Counted from the stretch's first letter, positions 13,340 through 24,690 are shown. The stretch is 64,000 nt of DNA from an uncultured Candidatus Rokubacteria bacterium (GCA_963747235.1 CAVVEU010000040.1:416001-480000); one strand, 5' to 3'. Program-made: numbers and translations. Notes: a model not told the origin generated them from the sequence alone.

Positions 13340-14348
13340 CTGGCGGCGAAGCGGTCGGCGGGCGGTCGCGCCGCATCCGGCGCCGCAGTCGCCCCTGGCT
13401 GGTCGCGTGTCGCGGTCCTGCGTGGCGGCAACGCTCCCCTTCTTCGTGAGCGGCTTCCGGCTCTTCCAGTTCACCCAGGTCCTGACCTACGCCATCGCGC
13501 TCCTCGGACTCAACATGCTGACCGGCTACAACGGCCAGTTCTCGCTCGGGCCACGGCGCCTTCTACGGGATCGGAGCCTACACCACCGCCATCATGATCG
13601 ACCGCTGGGACATCGGGTACGGCTGGACGATTCTCGCCGCCGGGATCGTCTGCCTGGTCGTCGGGTTCCTCTTCGGCCGGCCCGCCCTGCGGCTGGAAGG
13701 CCTCTACCTCGCCCTCGCCACCTTCTCGCTGGCTCTGGCGGTGCCGCAGATCCTCAAGTACTTCGAGCACTGGACCGGCGGCTCCCAGGGGATCGTGCTG
13801 AGCAAGCCCAAGGCGCCCTTCGGCCTGCGGCTCACCGAGGACCAGTGGCTCTACTTCCTGACGCTCGCGGTGACGATCGTGCTCTTCGTCCTGGCCCGGA
13901 ACCTCCTGCGGCGGGCGCGTCGGGCGCGCCATCGTGGCCATCCGGGACAACCACATCGCCGCCGAGGCCATGGGTGTCGACAACGCCCTCTACAAGTCGG
14001 TGGTGTTCGGGGTCAGCGCGGCCTACACCGGGATCGCGGGGCGCCCTCAGCGCGCTCGCCATCGCCTTCGTGGCGCCCGACACCTTCGACGTCTTCCTGT
14101 CCATCACGCTCCTGACCGGGATCGTCATCGGCGGATTCGGCGACGATCTCGGGCGCCATCTACGGCGCCTGTTCATCCAGTTCGTGCCCAACTGGGCCCA
14201 GGACATCTCCAAGGCCGCTCCCTGGGCCATCTTCGGCGTCTTCCTGATCCTCTTCATGTACGTGATGCCCCGCGGCATCGCCGGCTTCCTGCACCTGGTG
14301 TGGATCCGGCTGACCGCGTCGGCAGTTTCAAGAGAGCAGGGCCGGTGA
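13340..14348 (+). CDS. livM: Branched-chain amino acid ABC permease LivM-like, several indels, start uncertain
   Basis: GLNMLTGYNGQFSLG, LRLEGLYLALAT, AIRDNHIAAEAMG, MPRGIAG distributed over frames. Confidence 0.75.
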
Positions 14349-14406
14349 GCGGAGGCCAGGGGCCCGCCCGGCAGTCACCCTCAACCTGAACGGGAGGCAA
14401 ACATGA

Positions 14407-15617
14407 GTGCTATTCACGCGGTTCATTGCGCTGCTGCTGGTGGGCGGCCTGGCCGGCGCCGGCGGGGCGGCGGCCCAGACGGTGGTCGGCGTCACCGCCA
14501 CCGAGATCAAGATCGGCAACACCAACCCCTACAGCGGTCCGGCGTCCGCCTACGGGACCATCGGCAAGGTCATCGGCGCCTACTTCAAGAAGGTCAACGA
14601 CGAGGGCGGGGTCAACGGCCGCAAGATCAACTACATCACCCTCGACGACGAGTACAGCCCGCCCAAGACGGTGGAGATGGTCCGGCGGCTCGTCGAGCAG
14701 GACCAGGTGGCGCTCCTCTTCCAGACCCTGGGCACGCCTCCCAACAGCGCCATCCACAAGTACGTGAACCAGCAGAAGGTGCCGCACCTCTTCGTGGCCA
14801 CCGGCGCCACCAAGTGGAACGACCCGAAGAACTTCCCGTGGACCATGGGCTACCAGCCCAACTACCAGACCGAGGGCCGGATCTACGCGGCGTACGTGCT
14901 CAAGAACGTGCCCGACGCCAAGGTCGGCATCCTGTACCAGAACGACGACTACGGGAAGGACTACCTGAAGGGCTTCGAGGACGGACTCGGGGACGCGGCC
15001 AAGAAGCTGATCGTGATGAAGCAGAGCTACGAGGTGACCGATCCCACGATCGACTCGCAGATCGTGAACCTCAAGAACAGCGGCGCCAACGTGTTCTTCA
15101 ACATCACGATCCCGAAGTTCGCGGTGCAGGCCATCAAGAAGGCCACACGACATCGGCTGGAAGCCGCTGCACTTCCTGAACAACGTGTCGAGCTCGCTCG
15201 GCACCGTGCTGAAGCCGGCCGGCCTCGAGGCCTCCCGGGGCCTGATCACCGCGCTCTACATGAAGGAGATCACCGACCCTCAGTGGAAGAACGACAAGGG
15301 CTTCACCGACTGGGTCGCCTTCATGAAGAAGTACTATCCGGAGGGCGCGATGGACGACCAGGCCAACGCCTTCGGCTACAACGTGGCGATCCTGATGACC
15401 CAGGTGCTCAAGCAGTGCGGCAACGACCTGTCCCGCGAGAACATCATGAGGCAGGCGGCCAACGTGAAGAACTTCGAGCTGCCGCTCCTGCTGCCCGGCA
15501 TCAAGGTCAACACGAGCCCGACCGACTCACGCCCCCATCGAGCAGGAGCAGCTCGCCAAGTTCGACGGCGAGAAGTGGGCGCTATTCGGCGAGGTGCTCG
15601 ACGCCTTCCGCAAGTAA
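14407..15617 (+). CDS. Liv-type ABC substrate-binding protein, indels ~15145 and ~15530
   Basis: Signal peptide; GVTATEIKIGNTNPYSGPASAY, DDEYSPPKT, YQNDDYGKD; continues in a second frame (15185+) and ends at TAA 15617. Confidence 0.85.
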
Positions 15618-15641
15618 GCAGTCTGCTGGACGGCAACACAA

Positions 15642-15674
15642 GACCGGCGGGGTCACCCCCGCCGGTCGTTTCTT
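15642..15674 (+). terminator. Rho-independent terminator-like hairpin
   Basis: GACCGGCGGGG / CCCCGCCGGTC stem followed by GTTTCTT, between convergent genes. Confidence 0.6.
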
Positions 15675-15686
15675 GCCCGGATCCGG

Positions 15687-16184
15687 TTACTGGCCCTGGA
15701 CCGCGGAGGGGAGCACGGCGGGAGCGGGGGCGGCCGACGCATGGCCGGGCTCGAGGCCCATCGGGCCGCCGCAGCCCATCGGGCCGGAGGCCTGCCCGGA
15801 CGGGCACGACCCCAGCGCGGCGAGCGCGGTCGGTCGCGGAGCATTGCCACCGTCGGTGGCCATGGGGCTCTCCGGCGCGGCGGTGGTCGCGAACGCGGCG
15901 GGGACCGATTTGTCCGAGCCCGGACCGCCACAACCCATCGGACCGGACGCCTCCCGCTCGCTGCAGGTATAGATGCCCTCCAGCGAGGCGGCGCGCTGCT
16001 TCTCGCGGCCGTTGGCCACGATGAGGTAGCCCACGATCAGCGCGATGGCGCCCGCCGCGGAGGCCATGGCCAGCATGAGCTGGGGATCCATGGCGTGCGC
16101 CGGGGCCGGCGCGGCCAGCGTCAGCAGCCCGACCAGGACCAGGGCCACGGCCACGAGCTGGAACCAGGGGGTGTGGCGTTCCAT
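15687..16184 (-). CDS. Hypothetical exported/membrane protein with duplicated C-x4-ASGPMGCGGP motif
   Basis: Signal peptide ending AHA, a second hydrophobic helix, then two motif copies; TATACT 7 nt before ATG 16184. Confidence 0.7.
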   Translation of the reverse strand: MERHTPWFQLVAVALVLVGLLTLAAPAPAHAMDPQLMLAMASAAGAIALIVGYLIVANGREKQRAASLEGIYTCSEREASGPMGCGGPGSDKSVPAAFATTAAPESPMATDGGNAPRPTALAALGSCPSGQASGPMGCGGPMGLEPGHASAAPAPAVLPSAVQGQ

Positions 16185-16248
16185 GCCCCCGAGTATATGC
16201 CAGGCTCTTTTTCTCTCCACCAGGGAAAGCACCAGCCCTGGCGGGGGC

Positions 16249-17205
16249 CTAGAAGACGGCGATCGGGTTGACCGGGGAGCCGGTCACGCCCTTGAGCCGG
16301 AGCGGGGCGATGGTCAGCAGGAACTCCCAGCGCTTGAGCCGGACCGCCGTCCGGGCCAGGTCCTCCAGGTTGGCGTTGTCGATCAGCCAGAGGCCCATGG
16401 CCACCAGGCAGACCACGTGGAAGGAGTTACCCATCGACGGGTACGGCAGCGGGGTGACGTCGTTGTGGGTGTCGGTGCCGACCATGGCCACCCCCCGCTC
16501 GCGCAGCCAGGGGCAGCACGCCGCGTGGAGCGCCGGGTTGCCGGCCTGGAGCGGGTTCACCGGGCCCTCCGCGAGCCGCCGGCCATAGTAGCCGGTGCGC
16601 ACCAGGAGGATATCGCCCGGCTCCACGCGGACCCCGGCGGCCTTCTCGGCCGCCTCGAGATCCTCCGGCATCACGCCCACCCCCGCCTCGAGCCACGGCA
16701 CGCCCTTCGTTCGCGCGACATCCAGCAGCACCCCGCGGCTGACTACCCCGTCGCGCAGCACCTCCACCGAGTTCACGGTGGCCCCCTCGCGCGAGGTCAC
16801 CGCGTTGCACGAGCGGCCGTTGTAGAGCTTGCCGTCCCAGAAGTAGTGCGACGGCGCGTCCACGTGGGTGATGGAGTAGCCGTGGAAGACCATGCCGATG
16901 AACTCGGCCGCCCCGCGGCGCTGCAGCGCGCGCTCCGGGGACACGGTGTCGCGGCCCTCGCCGGAGTCGACCATGAAGCGCATGGGCTGGACGGTGGTGT
17001 CGGCGGCGATGTCGGTGGTGATGGGGCGGGCGCAGGTGACGCTCTCGCCGTGGGTGACGAGGCGCCCCGCGGCCTGGCGCTTGGCGGGGGTGATGAGATT
17101 GATGGTGCCCAGCTCGTCCTCGCTCCCCCAGCGGCCCCAGTTCGAGAGCGTCTTCAGGTACTCGCGGACTTCTGATTCCGAGGGCGCCTCCGGGGGAGCG
17201 GGCAC
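16249..17205 (-). CDS. Cyclase-family (kynurenine formamidase-like) metal hydrolase
   Basis: NWGRWGSEDELGTIN, HGYSITHVDAPSH, GDILLVRTG, GVTGSPVNPIAVF; start approximate. Confidence 0.88.
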   Translation of the reverse strand: MPAPPEAPSESEVREYLKTLSNWGRWGSEDELGTINLITPAKRQAAGRLVTHGESVTCARPITTDIAADTTVQPMRFMVDSGEGRDTVSPERALQRRGAAEFIGMVFHGYSITHVDAPSHYFWDGKLYNGRSCNAVTSREGATVNSVEVLRDGVVSRGVLLDVARTKGVPWLEAGVGVMPEDLEAAEKAAGVRVEPGDILLVRTGYYGRRLAEGPVNPLQAGNPALHAACCPWLRERGVAMVGTDTHNDVTPLPYPSMGNSFHVVCLVAMGLWLIDNANLEDLARTAVRLKRWEFLLTIAPLRLKGVTGSPVNPIAVF

Positions 17206-17222
17206 GATGGCCGGGCCGGGCG

Positions 17223-18149
17223 CTACTTCTTCTCGCCCGAGTAGATCTTCATCACGGTGTCCAGGAACCGCAGCGCGTGGTCGCGCGGCCGCTGGAACGA
17301 GTTGCGCCCGATGATGGAGCCGAAGCCGCCGCCGTCGCGGATGCCGCGGCACTCGTCGAAGATCGCCTCGTCGTTCTCCTTGGTGGCTCCGCCCGAGAAG
17401 ATCACGATGCGGCGTCCGTTGAAGGAGGACTGCACCACGTGCCGCACCCGCTCGCTGAGGGTGGCCATCGGCACCTTGGCCTTCTCGTAGGCCTTCTTGG
17501 CCTCGGCCTGCTCGATGTGATCGGTGGGCGGCTTCACCTTGATGACGTGGGCGCCGAGCTGGGCCGCGATCTGGGCCGCGTAGGCCACCACGTCCAGCCC
17601 GGTTTCACCGGCCTTGCTCACGTCCGTGCCGCGCGGATAGGACCACACCACCGCGGCGAGCCCGCTGGCCTTGGCCTCCTGGATCATCTCGCGGCACTGC
17701 TGGTACATGATCTGGGCCTGCGACGAGCCCGGGTAGATCGTGAAGCCCACCGCCACGCAGCCGAGCCGGAGCGCGTCCTTGACCGAGCCGGTCACCGCGG
17801 AGAGCGGGTCCTTCTCGTCGTGGAGCACGTCGTGGTTGTTCATCTTGAGGATCAGCGGCACCTCGCCCGCGAACTCGGCGGCCCCCGCCTCCAGGAAGCC
17901 GAGCGGCGCCGCGTAGGCGTTGCAGCCGGCGTCGATGGCGAGCTGGAAGTGATACGACGGGTCGTAGCCGGCGGGGTTCACCGCGAAGCTGCGCGCGGGG
18001 CCGTGCTCGAAGCCCTGGTCCACCGGCAGGATGACCAGCTTCCCGGTGCCGGCCAGGCGTCCGTGATTCAGCAGCCGCGCGATGTTGGTGCGCGTGCCCG
18101 GGCTGTCGCTGCTGTACCAGCTCAGGATCTCCTTCACTCGCGATTCCAT
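17223..18149 (-). CDS. fbaB: Class I fructose-bisphosphate aldolase (DhnA/FbaB type)
   Basis: ILPVDQGFEHGP, WSYPRG, GAHVIKVK, GSIIGRNSFQR; own AAGGAG RBS before ATG 18149. Confidence 0.92.
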   Translation of the reverse strand: MESRVKEILSWYSSDSPGTRTNIARLLNHGRLAGTGKLVILPVDQGFEHGPARSFAVNPAGYDPSYHFQLAIDAGCNAYAAPLGFLEAGAAEFAGEVPLILKMNNHDVLHDEKDPLSAVTGSVKDALRLGCVAVGFTIYPGSSQAQIMYQQCREMIQEAKASGLAAVVWSYPRGTDVSKAGETGLDVVAYAAQIAAQLGAHVIKVKPPTDHIEQAEAKKAYEKAKVPMATLSERVRHVVQSSFNGRRIVIFSGGATKENDEAIFDECRGIRDGGGFGSIIGRNSFQRPRDHALRFLDTVMKIYSGEKK

Positions 18150-18177
18150 GGTGCCCGCTCCTTTCCCGACCCGGAGG

Positions 18178-19181
18178 TCAGCGACGGTAGATACGTCGTC
18201 GGCCGTCGCCACGTCCTCGGAGCTGCCGAGGATGACCGCCGCGCGCTGGTGATATTCGGTGGCGACCAGATCGAGCACGCGCTCGAGCCCGGTGCTCGCG
18301 CGGCCGCCCGCCTGCTCGCAGATCAGGGCCATCGGCGCGACCTCGTAGAGCAGCCGCAGCTTGGCCTTCGGCTTCTTCGGATCGCTCCAGTCCGCGGGGT
18401 ACATGAAGAGCCCGCCGTCCAGCAGGGTGCGGTGCACGTCGGCGACCATCGCCCCCGAGTAGCGGAGCGAGTAGGGCCGGCCCGCCGCCTTGTCCGGCGT
18501 CTTCAGATGCTCGACGAAGGCGCGCTGGCCCGGATGCCACGAGTGGAGGTTGCCCTCGTTGATCCCGTAGGTCTTGCCGCGCCGGGGAATCCGCATGTCG
18601 GGATGCGTGAGCAGGAACTCGCCGGACTCCCGATCGAGGGTGAAGCCGTGCGTGCCCTGCCCCACCGTGTAGACGAGCGTGGTGGCGGGCCCGTACATCA
18701 CGTAGCCGGCCGCGATCTGATCGGTGCCGCGCCCGAGCGCGGCCGGCCCCGCGGGCGTCTTGCCCCTCGACGGCCGCAGCGAGAAGATCGTGCCCACCGC
18801 CCCGTTGACGTCGAGGTTCGAGGAGCCGTCCACCGGATCCGCGCAGACCACGAGGGCGTGCGTGCCGCCCGCGTCCATCTCGACCGGCTCGGCGGCTTCC
18901 TCGGAGATCAGCGCGGCGCACGCGCCGGTCTCCCGGAGCGCGCTCACCATGGTGTCGTGGCCCCAGACGTCGAGCTTCTTGACCTGGTCGCCGGTGGCGT
19001 TGTCGCCGCCCACGTAGCCGAGCTGATCGCGGAGCGCGGCGTGGGCCAGCTCCTGCGCGATCACGGCGGCGACGCGCCCGATACGACCGACGACGGCGGC
19101 CACGTTCCGGGCATGCTCGGTCGAGAGCGAGGCTTGCTGGGTCGAGAGATGTTCCGATAGCGTCATCGGCGAGTCGGCCAT
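18178..19181 (-). CDS. fbp: Class 1 fructose-1,6-bisphosphatase (reads through into fbaB as assembled; probable true stop at 18178)
   Basis: GDQVKKLDV, DPVDGSSNLD, RYSGAMVADVHR, KLRLLYEVAP, EQAGG. Confidence 0.92.
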
Positions 19182-19282
19182 GGAATCCTCTCGTCGTTGA
19201 GTCGGATGGCGCGATGCAGAGCGCCTCTCGACGATGCTAGACGATCACCCGTACTCAGTCAACACACGCAGGTCTTGCGGAC

Positions 19283-19300
19283 TTGTGCTTAGATGCACAA
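19283..19300. promoter_or_regulatory. Palindromic operator-like site TTGTGC-N6-GCACAA
   Basis: Perfect 6+6 dyad in the AT-richer divergent fbp/MFS intergenic region. Confidence 0.45.
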
Positions 19301-19303
19301 ATC

Positions 19304-20521
<1,218 letters not shown>

Positions 20522-20589
20522 GGCATTCGTATCCCGGGCGCATCCCGGGGCATCCCCGGGGCATCATAGGGAACGGGAGGCGATCATCC

Positions 20590-20982
20590 ATGAAGACGAT
20601 CACGGCGCTCGGGCTGGTGGCGGCGGTGATCATGGCCCTGGGCCTGACCACGATGCCGACGCCCGCGGCGGCGGTGAGCGCGCCGTCGGGCATCGATTCG
20701 CGGATCCGGCTCGACTGGGAGGCGGGAACCCGGCGCGGGGGCAAGCCGGCGATCCAGGGCTACGTCTACAACGACTACGGCCGCCCGGCGACGGACGTCC
20801 ACCTGCTGGTGGAGACGCTCGACGCCTCCGGCGCGGTGATCGCGAAGACGATCGGCTTCGTGCAGGGCGTCGTCCAGTTCAACGATCGCGTCTACTTCGA
20901 GGTGCCGCTCAAGGCGACCGGCGCATCCTACCGGGTCACCGTGACCTCGTTCGACTGGAAGGGCGGCGGCGGCGGGATGTAA
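20590..20982 (+). CDS. Small secreted Ig-like (FxLYD-like) protein
   Basis: GGGAGG RBS; signal peptide; IQGYVYNDYG...VETLDASGAVI...YFEVP...YRVTVTSFDW. Confidence 0.75.
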   Translation: MKTITALGLVAAVIMALGLTTMPTPAAAVSAPSGIDSRIRLDWEAGTRRGGKPAIQGYVYNDYGRPATDVHLLVETLDASGAVIAKTIGFVQGVVQFNDRVYFEVPLKATGASYRVTVTSFDWKGGGGGM

Positions 20983-22575
20983 TCAGGTGACTTTGCTGTA
21001 CACGCCGGGGGGGATCACCCGGTAGATCGGGAGCGGCTGCGAGACGTTCTTGAAGCTGCGCTCGCCGAGCGATTCCAGCACGAAGAGCCCGGCGATGCGG
21101 TCCGCGGTCACCTGGCCCACCACGATGTCGCCGCCCTCCGCGGCGCCCGCGAACCGCGCCGCGATGTTGGTGGTGGGGCCGGTCGCGGTGAACGTCCAGC
21201 GCTCCGACGCCGCCCCGCTCAGCTTGGTGGCGCCCACCAGCGCCTGGCCGGTATTGATCCCCATGTGCAGCGCGATGGCCGGGAACACGCCCTCGTACTC
21301 CTCGTTCAGCGCGGTGGTCTTCTGGCGGATCGCGAAGGCGGCCCGGGTCGCGTTGAGCGCGTGGTCCTCGTCGCCCCCGCCGGGCCCGCGCGGCTGCTTC
21401 TGGAAGATCACCATGAGCCCGTCGCCCGCGGTCTCGTTCACGTCTCCGTGGTGCCGGCGGATGATCTCGAGGAAGCTCGAGAAGTAGGTCTGGACGAGCT
21501 GGTTGAGCCGCTTGGCCTCGAGCTGCTCGGAGAGCCGCGTGTAGCCCGCGATGTCGAGGAAGAGCACCGAGACCTCCTCGTTGCGCTTCTCCAGCGCGGT
21601 CGCGCTGGGATCCCGCTCCAGCAGCTCCTTGACCGCGTCGGGCACGAACTTGGAGAGCTCGCCCTTGAGCTGCTCGAGCACCTCGAGCCGCTGCCGCGAG
21701 GCCTGCAGGTTCTCGAGCGCGGTGGCCAGCTCGGTATTGCGGGCCGCCAAGCTCTGCTGGGCGAGTTCAAGGTGGCCGGTCATGTCGTTGAGCGCGCCCC
21801 CGAGCTCGGCCACCTCGTCGCCGGAGCCGGCGCGCGCCCGCACCGCGAAGTCGCCCCCGCCGATGCGCCGGGCCACCGCGGCCAGCTCGTGGATCGGCCG
21901 CACCACCACGTAGCGCATGGCCACCGCGAGCACCGCGGCCGCCGCCACGATGGTCAGGAGCCCGATCATGATCTGCCGATTCCGCTGCATGCGCACCTCG
22001 GCCATCACCGGCTCCATGGAGGTCGCCGCCTGGATGACCGCGCGCACCTTGTGGTCCGAGCCGTGGCAGCCCTGGCAGCGCTCCTGGTTGGGGATCGGCT
22101 GGTACACCGTGAACATGGTGACGCCGTCGCGGGACTCGAGCGCCTCCTGGGTCTGCAGCGTCTCGAGCGCCCGGCTGAAGAGCGGCCCCGCCATCGTGCG
22201 ACCCGGCTCGCGGCGCATCTTCTCGATCGAGGCCATCACGTCCTTCGGGAGCTCGGCTTCCTTCGAGACCTCGCGTAGCGTCGCCAGGTCGGTGAAGGCT
22301 TCCACCCCGTTACGCCGATAGACGACCAGGCCCTGGACGAGCTTTGAATTGCGTAGATCGTCGATGAGGCCGCGGGTGATGTCGGGCCGCTCGGAGAGCA
22401 TGGCGGTCTCGATGCTCGAGACCAGGGTGCCGATGAGCTGGCGCGCCGACATCTTGTTCTGCTCGACGAGCAGCTCGCTCTCCCGCTTGATGGTCAGGAC
22501 GGTCGCGATCCCGAACCCGACGATCAACACCAGGATGATCAGGACGGTGATCTTGGCGGTGAGCCGGATGCGCAT
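20983..22575 (-). CDS. Membrane class III nucleotidyl cyclase: TM, periplasmic CxxCH domain, TM, HAMP, coiled coil, cyclase
   Basis: CQGCH at 22063-22077; HAMP RPIHELAAVARRIGGGDF..DEVAELG; FLDIAGYT, ETAGDG, GINTG, TNIAAR. Confidence 0.9.
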   Translation of the reverse strand: MRIRLTAKITVLIILVLIVGFGIATVLTIKRESELLVEQNKMSARQLIGTLVSSIETAMLSERPDITRGLIDDLRNSKLVQGLVVYRRNGVEAFTDLATLREVSKEAELPKDVMASIEKMRREPGRTMAGPLFSRALETLQTQEALESRDGVTMFTVYQPIPNQERCQGCHGSDHKVRAVIQAATSMEPVMAEVRMQRNRQIMIGLLTIVAAAAVLAVAMRYVVVRPIHELAAVARRIGGGDFAVRARAGSGDEVAELGGALNDMTGHLELAQQSLAARNTELATALENLQASRQRLEVLEQLKGELSKFVPDAVKELLERDPSATALEKRNEEVSVLFLDIAGYTRLSEQLEAKRLNQLVQTYFSSFLEIIRRHHGDVNETAGDGLMVIFQKQPRGPGGGDEDHALNATRAAFAIRQKTTALNEEYEGVFPAIALHMGINTGQALVGATKLSGAASERWTFTATGPTTNIAARFAGAAEGGDIVVGQVTADRIAGLFVLESLGERSFKNVSQPLPIYRVIPPGVYSKVT

Positions 22576-22586
22576 GCGGGTGGGCC

Positions 22587-24116
22587 TCAGACGCGCGACG
22601 CGCGCCCGGCCCAGTAGGGCTCGCGGAGCTGGCGCTTGAGCAGCTTGCCCGCCGCGTCGCGCGGGAAGACGTCGTGGAAGGAGACCTCGCGGGGCACCTT
22701 GTAGCCGGCCATGTGCTCCCGGCAGAACGCGCTGATCGCCTCGGCGGTCAGGGTCTCCCCGGGGCGCACGTGGAGGGCGGCGTGCACGCGCTCGCCCCAC
22801 TCGTCGTCGGGCACCCCGAAGACGGCCGCGTCGAGCACCTTGGGGTGACGGTGCAGCACGTCCTCGATCTCGGCCGGGTAGATGTTGACGCCCGCCGAGA
22901 TGATCATGTCGCGCTTGCGGTCGCAGATGTAGTAGAAGCCGTCCGCGTCCACGTAGGCCACGTCGCCCACCGTGTACCAGTCGCCCCGGCGCATCTTCTC
23001 GGTCGCGTCGGGATCGCGGTAGTACTCGTCGAGGATGCCGGGGAACCGGCGCACGTAGAGCTCGCCCGGCTCGCCGGTCGGCACCGGCCGGCCGTCGTCG
23101 TCGAGCAGCGCGATCTCCTTGCCCGGCGCCGCGCGCCCGCAGGAGCCCGGCTTGCGCAGCACGTCCTCGGGCCGCAGCACCGTGTTCACCCCGAGCTCGC
23201 TCGAGCCGTAGAACTCGTAGAGCGCGGGCCCGAAGTGCGCCACCACGCCCTCCTTCACGCGCATCGGGCACGGCGCCGCCGCCACGATGATGGCGCGCAT
23301 CGAGGACACGTCGTAGCGCGCCCGCACCGCCGCGGGCAGGTCCACGATGCGCTTGAGCAGGGTCGGAGCCATGAAGGTGCTCGTGCAGCGGTGCCGCTCG
23401 ATCTCGGCCAGCGCCTGCTCCGGATCGAACTTCGGCATGATGACCACGGTGCCGCCGACCAGGTGCGTGTAGAGCGCGAACCCGCCCGGCGCCGAGTGGT
23501 ACATGGGGCCGGCCACCAGGTGCACATGGGCCGGATCGAGCAGGTCCATGGCTCCCAGCGTGTCCATCAAGTCTTGGGGATTGATCCCGCGCCGCAGGGC
23601 CCCCTTGGGCTTCCCGGTGGTCCCGCCGGTATAGATGATGGACGCGCCGAAGCCCTCGCCCCCCCGGGGCTCCACCGGATCGGGCCGTCCCGCGGCCAGC
23701 AGGTCGTCCACGTGCACGCCCCAGGGCCGGCGCGCCGACCCCAGCAGGATCCACTGCCGCACCTTCCTGGCCTGGGCGCGGATGGCCTCGACCACGGGCA
23801 GGAAGCGATCGCTCACCAGCACCGCGACCGCGTCGGAGTGCTCGAGGATGTAGAGCGCCTCCTCGGCCACGAGGCGGTGATTCATCGGCGCCGGGATCAA
23901 CCCCGCCGCGCGCGCGGCGACGCCGGCCAGGTAGTGCTCCAGCGAGTTCTCCGCGTAGACGATGACGTGGCCGCCGGGCGGCAGGCCCAGGCCGATGAGG
24001 CCGTGGGCCAGCCGGTTGCGCCGGGCGACGAGCTCGGCCCAGCTCCAGGCGCGCTCGCCTTCGAGGAGAGCCGGCTTCTCGGGATGCCGGGCGGCGTGCG
24101 CGGCGAGAACGTCCAT
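22587..24116 (-). CDS. Acyl-CoA synthetase (AMP-binding)
   Basis: YTGGTTGKPKG, YEFYGSSE, TVGDVAY, DRKRDMIISAGVNIYP, GKLLKRQLR. Confidence 0.92.
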   Translation of the reverse strand: MDVLAAHAARHPEKPALLEGERAWSWAELVARRNRLAHGLIGLGLPPGGHVIVYAENSLEHYLAGVAARAAGLIPAPMNHRLVAEEALYILEHSDAVAVLVSDRFLPVVEAIRAQARKVRQWILLGSARRPWGVHVDDLLAAGRPDPVEPRGGEGFGASIIYTGGTTGKPKGALRRGINPQDLMDTLGAMDLLDPAHVHLVAGPMYHSAPGGFALYTHLVGGTVVIMPKFDPEQALAEIERHRCTSTFMAPTLLKRIVDLPAAVRARYDVSSMRAIIVAAAPCPMRVKEGVVAHFGPALYEFYGSSELGVNTVLRPEDVLRKPGSCGRAAPGKEIALLDDDGRPVPTGEPGELYVRRFPGILDEYYRDPDATEKMRRGDWYTVGDVAYVDADGFYYICDRKRDMIISAGVNIYPAEIEDVLHRHPKVLDAAVFGVPDDEWGERVHAALHVRPGETLTAEAISAFCREHMAGYKVPREVSFHDVFPRDAAGKLLKRQLREPYWAGRASRV

Positions 24117-24231
24117 CGCTTCCGCGTGTGTAGCATGAATCGGGCGGGGGCGGCAACCGATGGGCGCTTCACACGCGCCCCCGGTCGGTGTCACAATGGC
24201 GTGGGCTCCATCACAGCGAGGGAGGATGCCC

Positions 24232-24690
24232 ATGGCGGCGGATCGATCGTACGTGGCGGAGAACCAGGCGCAGCTCGAGCGGCTCCGCGCCCTCATCGAC
24301 AAGCTGAGCGACCAGCAGCTCGCCGGGCCGATGGAGGCGGGCTGGACGGTGGCCGGCGTCCTGGCCCACCTCGCCTTCTGGGACGAGCGGATCGTGACCC
24401 TGCATCGACGCGCTGGGACGGAGGACGCGGCACTCCGCCGCCGGGCTACGACGAGGCGGGGGTGGACTGGATCAACGACGCGGGCAAGCCGCTCTGCCTG
24501 GCGCTGCCGCCGCGGGTCGCCGCGCGGATGGCGGTGGAGGCGGCGGTCGCCGCGGACGAGCGGCGTGGCCGGCCTGTCGGAGGCGCAGCTCGCGGCGAAC
24601 GCGGCCGCGGGCAGCCCGATCAGCGTGCTGCGCGCCGAGCACCGGCGCGAGCACCTGGACGAGATCGAGCACATCCTGGCGCGCCGCTAG
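24232..24690 (+). CDS. DinB/maleylpyruvate-isomerase-like protein, compensating indels ~24405 and ~24560
   Basis: GGAGG RBS; GWTVAGVLAHLAFWD ... EHRREHLDEIE His motifs. Confidence 0.7.
   Translation: MAADRSYVAENQAQLERLRALIDKLSDQQLAGPMEAGWTVAGVLAHLAFWDERIVTLHRRAGTEDAALRRRATTRRGWTGSTTRASRSAWRCRRGSPRGWRWRRRSPRTSGVAGLSEAQLAANAAAGSPISVLRAEHRREHLDEIEHILARR

Noticed and set aside
20530-20566. GCATCCCCGGG tandem repeat as a mini-CRISPR
   Set aside because: About 3 contiguous 10-11-nt units with no spacers and no cas genes
20983-24156. 1057-aa cyclase ORF
   Set aside because: The N-terminal half is an off-frame read of the acyl-CoA synthetase; the real protein starts at MRIRLTAK (22575)
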